DNA of 64,000 nucleotides, taken from positions 26,179 to 90,178 of the forward strand of contig JBKCOJ010000007.1 in the NCBI GenBank assembly GCA_046309815.1, read 5' to 3'. A program made the position numbers and the translations under genes. How positions within the stretch are numbered: position 1 is the stretch's first letter; the number at the start of each line of letters is the position of its first letter. The stretch comes from Pseudomonadota bacterium. GTDB lineage: Bacteria; Pseudomonadota; Alphaproteobacteria; Paracaedibacterales; CAITNM01. Shown in pieces: positions 27,872 through 37,880 of this stretch. Below the pieces are notes generated by a model. The model did not search any database. It was not told the DNA's origin and saw only the letters and a program-made list of their open reading frames with translations.

Positions 27872-28110
27872 GATGCTTCTCCTATGCGGGGTATTATAGT
27901 CTATACCCATAAAATAATGATCATTATTTTTCGAGATTGCCGCCCCCTTTGTGGGTTCGCAATGACGCAGAAAAGCATAGGAATTGGCGCAAACTTTTGC
28001 CGCCTGCGCCTTAGGAGAGAGTGTAGTTTCGTGTTCAAAGAAGTGCATCGTTTTCAAAGTTACGCTATGATCGCCTGTAACGATACCTATAAAAAATTAT
28101 AACTCAATTT

Positions 28111-28956
28111 ATGGAATTTCAGCGTTTAAAAGCCACTTTAGAAAAGCACCAATTGTGGGCGAAGAAGTCATTGGGGCAGCACTTTTTGCATGATGAATCA
28201 ATTTGTCAGCGGATGGTTCAGCACCTTCAGTTAAAGGGTCAGACGGTTGTTGAAGTGGGTCCAGGACCTGGGAGTTTAACGGATATTTTGCTGAAGGAAG
28301 AGCCTGGGCTTTTGCTGTTAATTGAAAAAGATCAACGTTTTATTGAGATTTTGAAAGAATTTGCGCCCTCACCTACTACCGAATTTGCGATTGAGCCGGC
28401 GGATGCGTTGAAGGTTTGTATCTCGGATCTTTTGAAAACGCATGGAAAGGAAGCTCCCTATCATATTGTCGCAAATTTGCCGTACAATATAGGAACAGAG
28501 TTATTGGTACGTTGGCTTGATGATATTAAAAATATCGGGTCGATCACGGTAATGTTGCAAAAGGAAGTGGTTGATCGGGTTAAAGCAGGAATTGGCACGA
28601 AAGATTATGGAAGGCTTTCGATTATTATGCAGTCGTGTTTTGAAGTACATGAGATGTTTCAGATTCCCCCAGAAGCTTTTATTCCGCCGCCAAAAGTTTG
28701 GTCGAGTGTGATGTATTTGAAACCGAAGAAGGAATTACCTGAACCGAAGGTGCTGAAAACGTTGGAAAAATTAACAGCGACGGCATTTTCGCAACGTCGA
28801 AAAATGTTACGCGTAACGCTTGGCAAAGCGCTGCCGTTAACTTTATGGCAAAATTTATGCACTACTCTTGATATACAAGAAACAATGCGCCCAGAAGAAA
28901 TAGATGCGCAAACCTTTTTAGCGATGGCCAAAGCATGCATCACCAACAGCATTTAA
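28111..28956 (+). CDS. rsmA: 16S rRNA (adenine1518/1519-N6)-dimethyltransferase
   Basis: LGQHFLHDE, VVEVGPGPGSLT and IVANLPYNIGT. Confidence 0.9.
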   Translation: MEFQRLKATLEKHQLWAKKSLGQHFLHDESICQRMVQHLQLKGQTVVEVGPGPGSLTDILLKEEPGLLLLIEKDQRFIEILKEFAPSPTTEFAIEPADALKVCISDLLKTHGKEAPYHIVANLPYNIGTELLVRWLDDIKNIGSITVMLQKEVVDRVKAGIGTKDYGRLSIIMQSCFEVHEMFQIPPEAFIPPPKVWSSVMYLKPKKELPEPKVLKTLEKLTATAFSQRRKMLRVTLGKALPLTLWQNLCTTLDIQETMRPEEIDAQTFLAMAKACITNSI

Positions 28957-30623
28957 AAGATTTACGTGAATGGATGAGCGCCAATAATATTCAGGCGTTG
29001 CTGGTGCCGCATGAAGACATGTTTGGAGGCGAATATATTGCAGCGCACGATGAGCGTTTAGCGTGGATTAGTGGCTTTACCGGTAGTGCAGGGTTAGCAA
29101 TTATTACACATGACAAGACGCACTTGTTTGTGGATGGGCGATATACACTGCAGGCGAAAGCGCAATCGCCTGATTTTACGATTCATGATTTTACGAAAGC
29201 AGCGATTGATGCAGTTTGTAAGGAGCTAGAAACCTTGCATTATGACCCATGGTTGTTATCAGCAGCACAACTAGAAGTGTGGGAAAAACGGCTGACTATG
29301 TGCGCGCTTGATAAAAATCCGGTAGATTTTCTGTGGGAGAATCGCCCTGCCTCTTTGCATAAACCAGCGTACATTTATCCACTTGAGTATGCAGGAGTTA
29401 GCGCGGTTGACAAACTGAAAGTGGTGCGTGCAGATATTGCTAAGCATAAAGCAGAAGCGTGGCTTTTGAGTAATTCAGAATCCGTTTGTTGGCTGTTAAA
29501 TATACGCGGAGAAGATTTGCCGTACACTCCCCTACTTCATTGCATGGCGCTGGTGACTGATACAGCGGTGACACTTTTTTGTGAACCAACAAAAATCTCA
29601 CCCAAAATGGCAAATGAGTTATCTGTACATGTTGTGAATCTTGACGAGATAAAGAGCACACTTAAAAGCGTTAAGGGAACAATTTGTGCGGATAAGCGCA
29701 CTACTTCTGCAGTATTTGGAGATATTAATTTTTCTTGGCAAACAGATCCATGTGAGCTGAAAAAAGCTATTAAGAATGCTACGGAACAGCAAGGAATGCG
29801 CAATTGCCATGCGCGGGATGCAGTTGCCTTGATGCGGTTTTGGATGTGGCTTGAGAAGCAGCAGTCGGTTACGGAAATGGATGCGCAAGATTATTTGGAG
29901 ACGTGTCGTCAACAACTAGACTTATATAAAGGGGATAGTTTCGCGACTATTTCAGGGTTTGCCCCGCATGGGGCGATTGTGCATTACAGATCAACGCCTG
30001 AAACGAATATACCCATTAGTAAGGGGATGTATTTATTGGATTCGGGTGGGCAGTACCTTGATGGTACGACGGATATTACGCGTACTTTTTATATTGGCGA
30101 ACCAACTAAAGAGCAGAAAGAGCATTATACATTAGTGTTAAAAGGACATATTGCGCTCGCACATATTCGTTTTCCAAAAGGAACAACAGGCGCACAGCTG
30201 GATAGCTTGGCGCGGCAGTTTTTATGGAATCATGGGCTTGATTATGCGCACGGCACGGGACATGGAGTTGGCAGTTACCTTAATGTGCATGAGGGACCTC
30301 AAGGTATTAATAAAATTCGGCAAGTACCTTTAGAAGTGGGGATGGTTGTATCGAATGAGCCGGGCTTTTATAGGGAGAATCTGTATGGGATTCGCATTGA
30401 GAATCTGCAGATGGTAAAGGAAGCGGAGCATTCGAATTTCTTGTGCTTTGAATCGTTGACGCTAGTTCCTTATGAATCGGCGCTGATTGATTATGAGATG
30501 TTAAGTAAGGCGGAGCTTGATTGGCTAGCTGCATACTATCAGAATATTTGGGAAACAGTTTCACCGATGTTGAATGAACATGAGCAAGAATGGTTAAAAA
30601 AGAAGCTAAGCAAGTTACAATAA
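28935..30623 (+). CDS. Xaa-Pro aminopeptidase (M24B family)
   Basis: HGTGHGVGSYLNVHEGPQ and SNEPGFY metal-binding boxes. The long N-terminal domain is typical of aminopeptidase P. Confidence 0.85.
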   Translation: MHHQQHLKDLREWMSANNIQALLVPHEDMFGGEYIAAHDERLAWISGFTGSAGLAIITHDKTHLFVDGRYTLQAKAQSPDFTIHDFTKAAIDAVCKELETLHYDPWLLSAAQLEVWEKRLTMCALDKNPVDFLWENRPASLHKPAYIYPLEYAGVSAVDKLKVVRADIAKHKAEAWLLSNSESVCWLLNIRGEDLPYTPLLHCMALVTDTAVTLFCEPTKISPKMANELSVHVVNLDEIKSTLKSVKGTICADKRTTSAVFGDINFSWQTDPCELKKAIKNATEQQGMRNCHARDAVALMRFWMWLEKQQSVTEMDAQDYLETCRQQLDLYKGDSFATISGFAPHGAIVHYRSTPETNIPISKGMYLLDSGGQYLDGTTDITRTFYIGEPTKEQKEHYTLVLKGHIALAHIRFPKGTTGAQLDSLARQFLWNHGLDYAHGTGHGVGSYLNVHEGPQGINKIRQVPLEVGMVVSNEPGFYRENLYGIRIENLQMVKEAEHSNFLCFESLTLVPYESALIDYEMLSKAELDWLAAYYQNIWETVSPMLNEHEQEWLKKKLSKLQ

Positions 30624-30720
30624 TTTTCTTAAAATTTCTACAAAATTTTTCAAAAACCCTATTGTGAAAATTTTAAAAGTTCTGTGTACTATATATAGTT
30701 ACTTTTAATTCGTATTGTTG

Positions 30721-31131
30721 ATGAGCAAGGAAAAAGTAGAGTCCCCTTTGGATGATGTTGATGCATTCATGAATCCCAAACAGTTGGAATATTTCAAAAC
30801 TAAACTGATCAACTGGAGAGATCAAATATTGCGAGAATGTTCTGACACTATTACCGATTTACAAGACAATCAAAGCGAAGCTGACATTATTGATGCAGCC
30901 GCTAAAGAAGCAGATTATAAACTTACCCTTCGCGCACGAAATAGAGATTTTAAACTGCTTCGAAAAATTGAAGAAGCACTTTTGCGTATTGATAATGGCA
31001 CGTATGGATACTGCGAAGAAACTGGCGAGCCTATTAGCCTAAAACGCCTGGATGCTCGGCCTATTGCTACTCTTGGCATTGAAGCTCAAGAGCGTCATGA
31101 GCGAGAAGAACGCACACATCGTGATATTTAA
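30721..31131 (+). CDS. dksA: RNA polymerase-binding transcription factor DksA
   Basis: Coiled-coil N-terminal part and zinc-finger region GTYGYCEETGEPISLKRLDARPIATLGIEAQERHE. I prefer ATG 30721 over TTG 30715. Confidence 0.88.
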   Translation: MSKEKVESPLDDVDAFMNPKQLEYFKTKLINWRDQILRECSDTITDLQDNQSEADIIDAAAKEADYKLTLRARNRDFKLLRKIEEALLRIDNGTYGYCEETGEPISLKRLDARPIATLGIEAQERHEREERTHRDI

Positions 31132-31156
31132 TTTCTAAATTAGGCAATAGAACACC

Positions 31157-31185
31157 TTGACTAAGTGGTCACATTTTGTGATACT
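31157..31185 (+). promoter_or_regulatory. candidate sigma70-type promoter for the M23 peptidase gene
   Basis: TTGACT, a 17-nt spacer, then GATACT preceded by TGT. It lies inside the 5' end of the track ORF, which argues that the real start is ATG 31222 (SD GGAGAA). Confidence 0.35.
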
Positions 31186-31221
31186 TTTGGTGTTCTGTTT
31201 TTTTGTAATTGGGGGGAGAAA

Positions 31222-32496
31222 ATGCAGGGACTACATCTCCGTTATAAGCGATTAGGAACATTTTTTGCAGTGATTGTGGTCTTATTTGGATCCTCTCGCC
31301 TTTACAAATACTGTTCATCGAACCCTACTATATCACCAGAAATTGCTACCTCTGTTTCAAATATCATTCCCAAAGAACCTGAGATTCTTGAAACAACCCT
31401 TACTTTAGGAAGTGGTGGCAGCGTACAAAAACTCCTTACAAGTTTTGGCGTTACAAAAGAAGCAGCTTTGCAAATATCGAATGCTTTTTCTCAATATCAA
31501 TCTCATCGAACCCTGAAATCCGGACAAAGCTTTTATATTCGATATAAAAAATTAGAAGATGGCGTGCAGATTGAATCGTTACAAGCGCAGCCGAGCATAG
31601 ATCAAAAAGTATCTGTTACCATGATAGACGGTTGTTATGTTGGCAAAGCAGAAAAAATCAATCTAACGCCCACTGTACATGTATTTGAAGGCAATGTTCG
31701 CTCAAGTTTTTACAGCTCAGCATTAAAAGCAGGAGTTCCTTCCAAGCTCGTTCAAGAAGCTGCCGATGTCTTAAGTTATGTTGTGAATTTCCAGCATGGC
31801 ATAAAGGCAGGAGCAACGTTCAAGATACTATGTAATGCTTTAAAAAATGATCAAGGAAATATTGTAAAAATTGAGCAATTGCGTTTTGTTTCATTACATA
31901 CGAACGGCCAAAGACATGAAATCTATTCTTTTAAAGACAACGGAAAAATACGCTTTTTTGACAGTAATGGAAATAGCGTGGTGCGTTCACTTTTGCAAAC
32001 CCCTTTAAACGCGGCCAAGCTTTGCGTTACGTCAGGATTTGGCGTGAGAAGGCACCCTATTCACGGATTTAGCCATAAGCATAAGGGCGTAGATTTTGGC
32101 GCTGCAAGTGGAACGCCTGTGCTTGCTGCTGGTGACGGCCGTGTTGTTTCTTGTGGATGGTATGGCGGCTATGGCAACCATGTAAAAATACGCCATGAAG
32201 GCGGTTATGAAACTCTTTATGGACATTTAAAGTATATAAATAAAGGGATTAGACCCGGCACCCATGTTTCACAGCGTCAAGTTCTAGGTGGAGTTGGTAT
32301 GACAGGAAGCGCCACTGGCCCTCACCTGCATTTTGAAGTCATTCTTAACGGACGCCACATTAATCCTATGAAAGTTCAAGGACTTCCAACTTTTAAATTA
32401 ACAGGCGGTTCTTTAAAAAAGTTTGAAGCAATGAAGCAACAAACCTTGAAAGAGGTTGTGGAAATCATTCAAACTAAAGCTGTAGTAGCTGAATAA
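31222..32496 (+). CDS. M23 family peptidoglycan metalloendopeptidase
   Basis: HKGVDFGAASGTPVLAAGDGRVV, GYGNHVKIRHEGGYETLYGHL and GPHLHFEV. N-terminal TM anchor. Confidence 0.85.
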   Translation: MQGLHLRYKRLGTFFAVIVVLFGSSRLYKYCSSNPTISPEIATSVSNIIPKEPEILETTLTLGSGGSVQKLLTSFGVTKEAALQISNAFSQYQSHRTLKSGQSFYIRYKKLEDGVQIESLQAQPSIDQKVSVTMIDGCYVGKAEKINLTPTVHVFEGNVRSSFYSSALKAGVPSKLVQEAADVLSYVVNFQHGIKAGATFKILCNALKNDQGNIVKIEQLRFVSLHTNGQRHEIYSFKDNGKIRFFDSNGNSVVRSLLQTPLNAAKLCVTSGFGVRRHPIHGFSHKHKGVDFGAASGTPVLAAGDGRVVSCGWYGGYGNHVKIRHEGGYETLYGHLKYINKGIRPGTHVSQRQVLGGVGMTGSATGPHLHFEVILNGRHINPMKVQGLPTFKLTGGSLKKFEAMKQQTLKEVVEIIQTKAVVAE

Positions 32497-32517
32497 TTTT
32501 TCTTCTTATTTTTCTGA

Positions 32518-33414
32518 TTGGAGCAGATGATGAAACTGCCTATGGTTACCGTAATGTTTATAGCTTGTTTTTTTTGGAACTTGCATACCGCTTGTGAGGA
32601 AGAACACATGAAAGAAAATCCTTATGTTTTAGCAACTGGAGAAAAAGCCAAGAAAATTCTTGATACGCAGCATGAGCTTTTTGCCGAAGTGTCATATCGA
32701 CATTTAGAAGAAGCTGAATTAGCCGCCGGCAAAAAAGTATATGACATAGGGTGCGGTAGCGGTGTGATGACCGAGTATTTGGCAAATAAAGTTGGTGAAG
32801 AAGGTCATGTAGTTGCTGTGGATATTAGTCCTGAACAAATAGGTGTAACACGCGCGCGTATAGAGGAAGCCGGTCTTTCAAATGTAACATTTATAACTGG
32901 CGATATGGCAACGATTGATTTACCTGAAGGTGAAGCTGATATTGTATATGCGCGTTTCTTTTTAATGCATCAACGAAAAGTATCAAGTATCATTAAAAAA
33001 ATGAAATCTCTTTTAAAGCGAGGGGGCGTCTTAGTTTTAGAAGAGTCCGTCATGAGTTCTCATCATTTTTCAGAAAGAAGCGATGCATTTGATGCTTTTG
33101 TAAAATCTCTCGTTGCTTTAGGCAATCACAAAGGCGTCAATTTTGATATTGGTTATCAATTAAATGCGTTATGTGAAGCAGTAGGATTCGATCAGATTTT
33201 ATCACGATCCATTGAATTCAAATTACCAACAAGTAAAGTTGCTCCGACTTTACTTGCGCGTATTGATGAGCTTCGAGACGGCGTTATTGGCGCTGAGCTG
33301 GCTACATCTGAGCAAGTTGATGCCTGGAAGGAAGCAATTGGTGAAGCATTTGCAACGGGTGGACCTGATTCTTATGTAACTTCTAAGCAAGGGCATATTT
33401 TAGCTTGGAAGTAA
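32518..33414 (+). CDS. class I SAM-dependent methyltransferase
   Basis: Motif I VYDIGCGSGVMTEYL, then post-I VVAVDIS. The start is uncertain (hydrophobic N-terminal extension). Confidence 0.72.
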   Translation: MEQMMKLPMVTVMFIACFFWNLHTACEEEHMKENPYVLATGEKAKKILDTQHELFAEVSYRHLEEAELAAGKKVYDIGCGSGVMTEYLANKVGEEGHVVAVDISPEQIGVTRARIEEAGLSNVTFITGDMATIDLPEGEADIVYARFFLMHQRKVSSIIKKMKSLLKRGGVLVLEESVMSSHHFSERSDAFDAFVKSLVALGNHKGVNFDIGYQLNALCEAVGFDQILSRSIEFKLPTSKVAPTLLARIDELRDGVIGAELATSEQVDAWKEAIGEAFATGGPDSYVTSKQGHILAWK

Positions 33415-33516
33415 ATCGGCTATCTGAAAAATAAATATACATAAGCTTTTTTATTGAAAAATACGCAATAATATTATATAATAAAGCATCTATATTTTTT
33501 CTTTAAAGTATTTATC

Positions 33517-34008
33517 ATGAGAAATTTGCCCATTTTATCGTATATACTTATCACCTCCATGTTCCCTGTGGTCAATGGGGCTGAGGAAAGCAAGATGGGT
33601 GAAAACCATCGTAATAGCTCCTCGTCTGTTGCTAATGCTCATACTGTTGATGAGTACTTTGAAGGACTTAAGGAAAAGGCTGCTTCTTCTGAAAATGCTC
33701 GTGATATTACTCAGCAGTGCCGAAAGTTTGTAGAGCAAAAAGCACATGAATTTGCAGAACATGGGCAAGGATATTTGTTGGCAGAAAGTTTAATAAACGA
33801 GCTATCGAGCGCAGAGACACAGTGGGGTTTTGAGAGCAAGCTCTTATTTAATAAATCTGTTAAATCAATCGAGGAGATCTTAATACAAACGGTTGAAGAG
33901 TGGAGGGAAAGTGAAGTGAAGCTACATAAAGATGATGCAAAAAGCTTGGGACAAATTGAAGCGTTAGCAAATGCCGCGAAAGAGTTCTTAGAACCGACTT
34001 TCAAATAG
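33517..34008 (+). CDS. hypothetical secreted protein
   Basis: 163 aa, signal peptide MRNLPILSYILITSMFPVVNGAEE, helical and charged body. Confidence 0.5.
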   Translation: MRNLPILSYILITSMFPVVNGAEESKMGENHRNSSSSVANAHTVDEYFEGLKEKAASSENARDITQQCRKFVEQKAHEFAEHGQGYLLAESLINELSSAETQWGFESKLLFNKSVKSIEEILIQTVEEWRESEVKLHKDDAKSLGQIEALANAAKEFLEPTFK

Positions 34009-34073
34009 TGAGCATGTTCACATTATTATGAAGCCGTGAGCTGCACAACCCAATTTATGTTATCGGTAACATT

Positions 34074-34482
34074 CACTGAATCCCCCAGTCAAGCCACGAG
34101 ACGTCATAAGTAGAGCAAGTCGCGAGAAGTCTCGCGTCTTTGTGAGGAGAAATAGCTTTGTAGCAATCCAGTTTTATGTTTCGATATTATGAACTGGATC
34201 CTTACGCCTGCTTCGCAGACTCAGGATGAAGAGGAATGAGGAAATATAGGCTCAGGATGACGGAAAAAGAAAAGCGCTGGAGAATGACGAAGAGGAGAAC
34301 TGTGCAGGCTTAAGATGACAAGGAACGAGATCACGTTCGTACCAATGGGCAGTTAGCTCTCTCAACGTCTTCCTGGAGCGCAGCTCCCGTAAGGGTCCAG
34401 TTCTATAATATCGATAGCTATGCACCGAGCTCCGTTCCCATTCTTCAACGGGACTGCGTTTTCAACGGGGCGTCTATTTTTT
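34074..34482 (+). repeat. cluster (~410 bp) of dispersed hairpin-repeat modules
   Basis: It contains H3-like cactgaatcccccagtcaagccacgagacgtca. It also holds four H4 units (gcagactcaggatgaag, aggctcaggatgacgg, ctggagaatgacgaag, gcaggcttaagatgacaagg). It ends with H1 ccgttcccattcttcaacgggac...ttcaacggggcgtctattttt. Confidence 0.75.
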
Positions 34483-34496
34483 ATGTTACGGTGTAC

Positions 34497-35924
34497 TTAC
34501 TGCAGGTTGCCGAATTTTGTGTGTTTGCCATCGAAGAAGAGTTTGACTGTACCAACAGGCCCGTGACGTTGCTTAGCCACAATAATTTCCGCTTGATTTT
34601 GCACTTTTGACATACGTTGTTGCCACTCTAGGTGCTTATCGGTGCCTACCGGTGGTTCTTTGCGTGCTTCGTAGTATTCATCACGATAGATAAACATGAC
34701 GACGTCAGCATCTTGCTCAATAGATCCGGATTCACGCAAGTCTGAGAGCTGAGGGCGTTTGTCCTCACGCTGTTCAACCGCACGAGACAATTGAGAAAGA
34801 GCAATCACGGGAATGTTTAATTCCTTCGCAAGAGCTTTCAATCCTCGAGAAATATCTGAAATTTCTTGAACACGATTATCGCTACTACGTGATTTGCCGC
34901 TGCCTTCAAGTAATTGCAAGTAGTCTACTATCACTAATCCGATGCCATGCTGACGTTGTAGGCGACGTGCACGGTTACGCAAGGCTGTAACGGTAAGAGC
35001 AGGGGTATCGTCAATAAAAAGACCTAGATTTTCAATATCACGGCTTGCAGATACTAAATTAGGAAATTCTTCGGCTTTAATTTCACCGCGGCGAATGCGA
35101 TCGGAGGAAATTCTTGATTGAGTTGAGAGAATACGGGTTGCTAATTGCTCAGCGGACATTTCGAGTGAGAAGAACGCAACATTTGCTCCTTCTTTAGCGT
35201 TATCAAGAAAAGCTTTAGCTGCGTTAAAAGCAATATTGGTGCCTAAAACGGTTTTTCCCATGGAAGGACGTCCGGCAACAATGAGTAAATCGGAGGGGTG
35301 AAGACCACCCAGCATTTTATCAATATCTAATAGTCCTGAGGTCACACCAACGATAGGTGTTTCACGACGATAGGCGATCTCAGCCATTTTCACCGCTTCA
35401 GTTAGAGCTGTTTTAAAGGGTACAGCACCGCGTGTTGTGTCGCCGCTGCTGGCTAGATCATACAGCTGCTTTTCGGCATCCTCGATCTTTTCCATTGCGG
35501 AGCCTTCAGATTTTAGTTCATGGGCTTCGCGCACGATGCCATCACCGATTGAGACGAGGCTTCGCCTTAGATAAAGCTCGTGAATCATTTGGCCATAATC
35601 ACGCACACTGACAGTACTTGAAACACCTGCTGCTAGATCAACCAGGTACCCTATTCCTCCCGCTTCTTGCATTAAAGGATCTGTTTCGAGCATCGGCTTT
35701 AGAGTAATTGGATCCGCTACTTGGGTGCGATTAATGAGTCGTGAAATTGTTTCATAAATTGTTTTGTGTAAGGGGTGCGAGAAATGTTCAGGCTTTAAGA
35801 ATTCGTTCACAGCTTCAAATGCTTGGTTATTAAGCATTAATGCGCCTAACAATGACTGCTCAGCTTCTAAATTGTGCAATGGGTGAATTTCTGGTTGCTT
35901 TTCAAAGGCTAAAACCTGAGCCAT
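34497..35924 (-). CDS. dnaB: replicative DNA helicase
   Basis: HNLEAEQSLLGALMLNN, Walker A GRPSMGKT, and the SLEMS and QLSR motifs. Confidence 0.93.
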   Translation of the reverse strand: MAQVLAFEKQPEIHPLHNLEAEQSLLGALMLNNQAFEAVNEFLKPEHFSHPLHKTIYETISRLINRTQVADPITLKPMLETDPLMQEAGGIGYLVDLAAGVSSTVSVRDYGQMIHELYLRRSLVSIGDGIVREAHELKSEGSAMEKIEDAEKQLYDLASSGDTTRGAVPFKTALTEAVKMAEIAYRRETPIVGVTSGLLDIDKMLGGLHPSDLLIVAGRPSMGKTVLGTNIAFNAAKAFLDNAKEGANVAFFSLEMSAEQLATRILSTQSRISSDRIRRGEIKAEEFPNLVSASRDIENLGLFIDDTPALTVTALRNRARRLQRQHGIGLVIVDYLQLLEGSGKSRSSDNRVQEISDISRGLKALAKELNIPVIALSQLSRAVEQREDKRPQLSDLRESGSIEQDADVVMFIYRDEYYEARKEPPVGTDKHLEWQQRMSKVQNQAEIIVAKQRHGPVGTVKLFFDGKHTKFGNLQ

Positions 35925-36029
35925 GACATCTCTCTCCTACATAGGCCTTCAACGTATCATATTCTGAGGTGTTTACCAACTATTAAAACTCTTATTTTAT
36001 AATAGAAAAAAGCATGTTTTTTTTATTTT

Positions 36030-36494
36030 ATGAAGTTTTTATTTCTTTTTTATTTCTTAGTACAGTGCAGCTGGGCTAGTTATTATAATAACGATCAAGA
36101 CTATGATTATTTAGGAGCTGCAACACAAGGGTATTCAGGCATGACGCAAGGGTACAACATGCTGAAAAGTGCCACTAAAAAAAAGTCTAAAAAAGGAAAA
36201 AAGAAGAGCAAAGAAGAAAAACGAAAAGAAAGAAAAGAAAAAACAAAACAGATGAAAGAATCTGTTAAAAAAATGGCCATAGAAAAGATAGAAAACATGG
36301 CTTTCGATGAAGTGAAAAAAGCAACTCTTAATTCGCTTAACGGCACCCCCTCTTCTCAAAGCCAACCCTCTTCAAGCTCTTCCTTTCAAGATATTATGGG
36401 TAACCTGCAGCAATCTATAGGTACGCTTGGCGGAAGTAGCTCAACAACTGGTGCTAATCAAAACAATTCTCCAGGAGGAATCTCTGGCAAGTAG
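36030..36494 (+). CDS. hypothetical secreted lysine-rich low-complexity protein
   Basis: Signal peptide MKFLFLFYFLVQCSWA. Basic tract KKKSKKGKKKSKEEKRKERKEKTK. Ser/Gly/Gln-rich tail. Confidence 0.5.
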   Translation: MKFLFLFYFLVQCSWASYYNNDQDYDYLGAATQGYSGMTQGYNMLKSATKKKSKKGKKKSKEEKRKERKEKTKQMKESVKKMAIEKIENMAFDEVKKATLNSLNGTPSSQSQPSSSSSFQDIMGNLQQSIGTLGGSSSTTGANQNNSPGGISGK

Positions 36495-36598
36495 GGCTTT
36501 AGATACATATATTATTAAGAAATTCTTGGTTAAATTACGATTGAACTGAAGAAGCATTTTAGGCAGAGAGAAATTAAATGGGGGTTCTGAGGTTTTTA

Positions 36599-37870
36599 AT
36601 GAAAAAATCATGGCGAATATATTTTATCCTGGTCGTAGGCTTATTGTCTGACCAACCCTTTTTTGGCAGCTTAGCATTTGCAAGCACAAGATCAACGATC
36701 CGCTTTTCCCTTTCAAGAGGTCCTGATATACACCCAATATTCTTTGATGAGAGGATGTTGCTCTTCGGGAGCTCCGGAGCTTTGACTTCTACAGCAGCCG
36801 ATTCTAGTACTACTTTTGTACATCGAAGAGACCTTTCTGCTAGAGGCGTCGATAATAACATGATTAACGAGCCAGCAGAAGCAGCCTCCCCAGAACATCA
36901 GCCAGCAGTTACTGATGCCGTAGAGCGTCTCCCTCTCTCCGTTGTACACTGCTGGATAACTGAAGAGCTAGCAAAGTTTGAGCCAATACATCTGCCTGCT
37001 TTTATAAATACCGTAAAATATCTCACATACGGCTTGAATGAATACAATAAACGATGTCTGAGCATAGCCCTTGCGAAGATTAATCCAGAAAATCTGTCTG
37101 ATTTTACAGACGCCGTAGAACGCCTCTCGCCAGACAGTGATGACTCTTATAAACGGTGGCTATTTGAGGAGCTATTAAACGTTGAGCCAGAACATCTACA
37201 TGCTTTTACAGAGGCAGCAAACCGCCTCACGCTAGGGATGGAGGAAATAGAAAAAAAGGTCCTCATTTGCCAACTAATAAATGTAAAACCAAAACATCGA
37301 TCCGCTTTTGTAGACACCTTAAAACGCCTCTCGATAGGCGTGAGTAACTCTTATAAAAGTGTCATAGGTGAGGAGCTAGAAGAAGTAGAACAAGAACATC
37401 TGTCAGCATTTGCAGACACCGTAGTACCTCTCTCGCTAGGCATGGATCAATACGATAAAAGACGCCTGATTAGTGTACTTGCAAAAGTAGAGCCAGTACG
37501 CCTTCCCCTTGTTGGAGAGAGGGTTGCAAAGAGAATCGAATGTCTCTCTCAAGGCATGGATTTCCACAATAAAGCGAGCCTGAGCAGAGCACTAGTAAAA
37601 GTAGGGAAAGTAAAACCAGAACACCTGTCAGCATTTGCAGACACTCTACACTCCCTCTCTCAAGGTATGGATAAAGATGATAAAGCTCGCGTGTTTGAGA
37701 CGCTAACATGGGTAAGTTCACTAGATGTGCTAGCTTTTGTAGAATCCGTAGAGTTCCTCTCGCGCGACATGGATGGAAAAAGTAAAGCCCTACTGATTGA
37801 GAGGACTCGGGCAGAAATACCGCTAGCATATCTGCTACCCTTTGCAGGGGAAACCACTGGGGCAGTATAA
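36599..37870 (+). CDS. secreted 34-residue helical-repeat protein, family member A
   Basis: I prefer the start MKKSWRIYFILVVGLL, which is conserved with the paralog. About 9 units such as HLHAFTEAANRLTLGMEEIEKKVLICQLINVKPK / HRSAFVDTLKRLSIGVSNSYKSVIGEELEEVEQE. Confidence 0.62.
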   Translation: MKKSWRIYFILVVGLLSDQPFFGSLAFASTRSTIRFSLSRGPDIHPIFFDERMLLFGSSGALTSTAADSSTTFVHRRDLSARGVDNNMINEPAEAASPEHQPAVTDAVERLPLSVVHCWITEELAKFEPIHLPAFINTVKYLTYGLNEYNKRCLSIALAKINPENLSDFTDAVERLSPDSDDSYKRWLFEELLNVEPEHLHAFTEAANRLTLGMEEIEKKVLICQLINVKPKHRSAFVDTLKRLSIGVSNSYKSVIGEELEEVEQEHLSAFADTVVPLSLGMDQYDKRRLISVLAKVEPVRLPLVGERVAKRIECLSQGMDFHNKASLSRALVKVGKVKPEHLSAFADTLHSLSQGMDKDDKARVFETLTWVSSLDVLAFVESVEFLSRDMDGKSKALLIERTRAEIPLAYLLPFAGETTGAV

Positions 37871-37880
37871 TAAATTCTCA

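Noticed and set aside
31165-31221. Upstream extension of the M23 peptidase ORF (GTG/other start at 31165)
   Set aside because: The extension overlaps a good TTGACT-17-GATACT promoter candidate, and an ATG with SD lies at 31222.
34074-34482. Possible CRISPR array at the hairpin clusters (also 55478..55715 and 26361..26488)
   Set aside because: The units differ in sequence and length, spacing is irregular, there are no unique spacers of constant size, and no cas genes are in the window.
36893-37826. 34-aa repeats as TAL-effector (TALE/Bat-like) DNA-binding repeats
   Set aside because: Only the unit length (and an occasional LTPE start in the third paralog) matches. The TALE consensus and the fixed two-residue RVD position are absent, and the proteins carry Sec signal peptides. 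I kept it as an unclassified repeat family.
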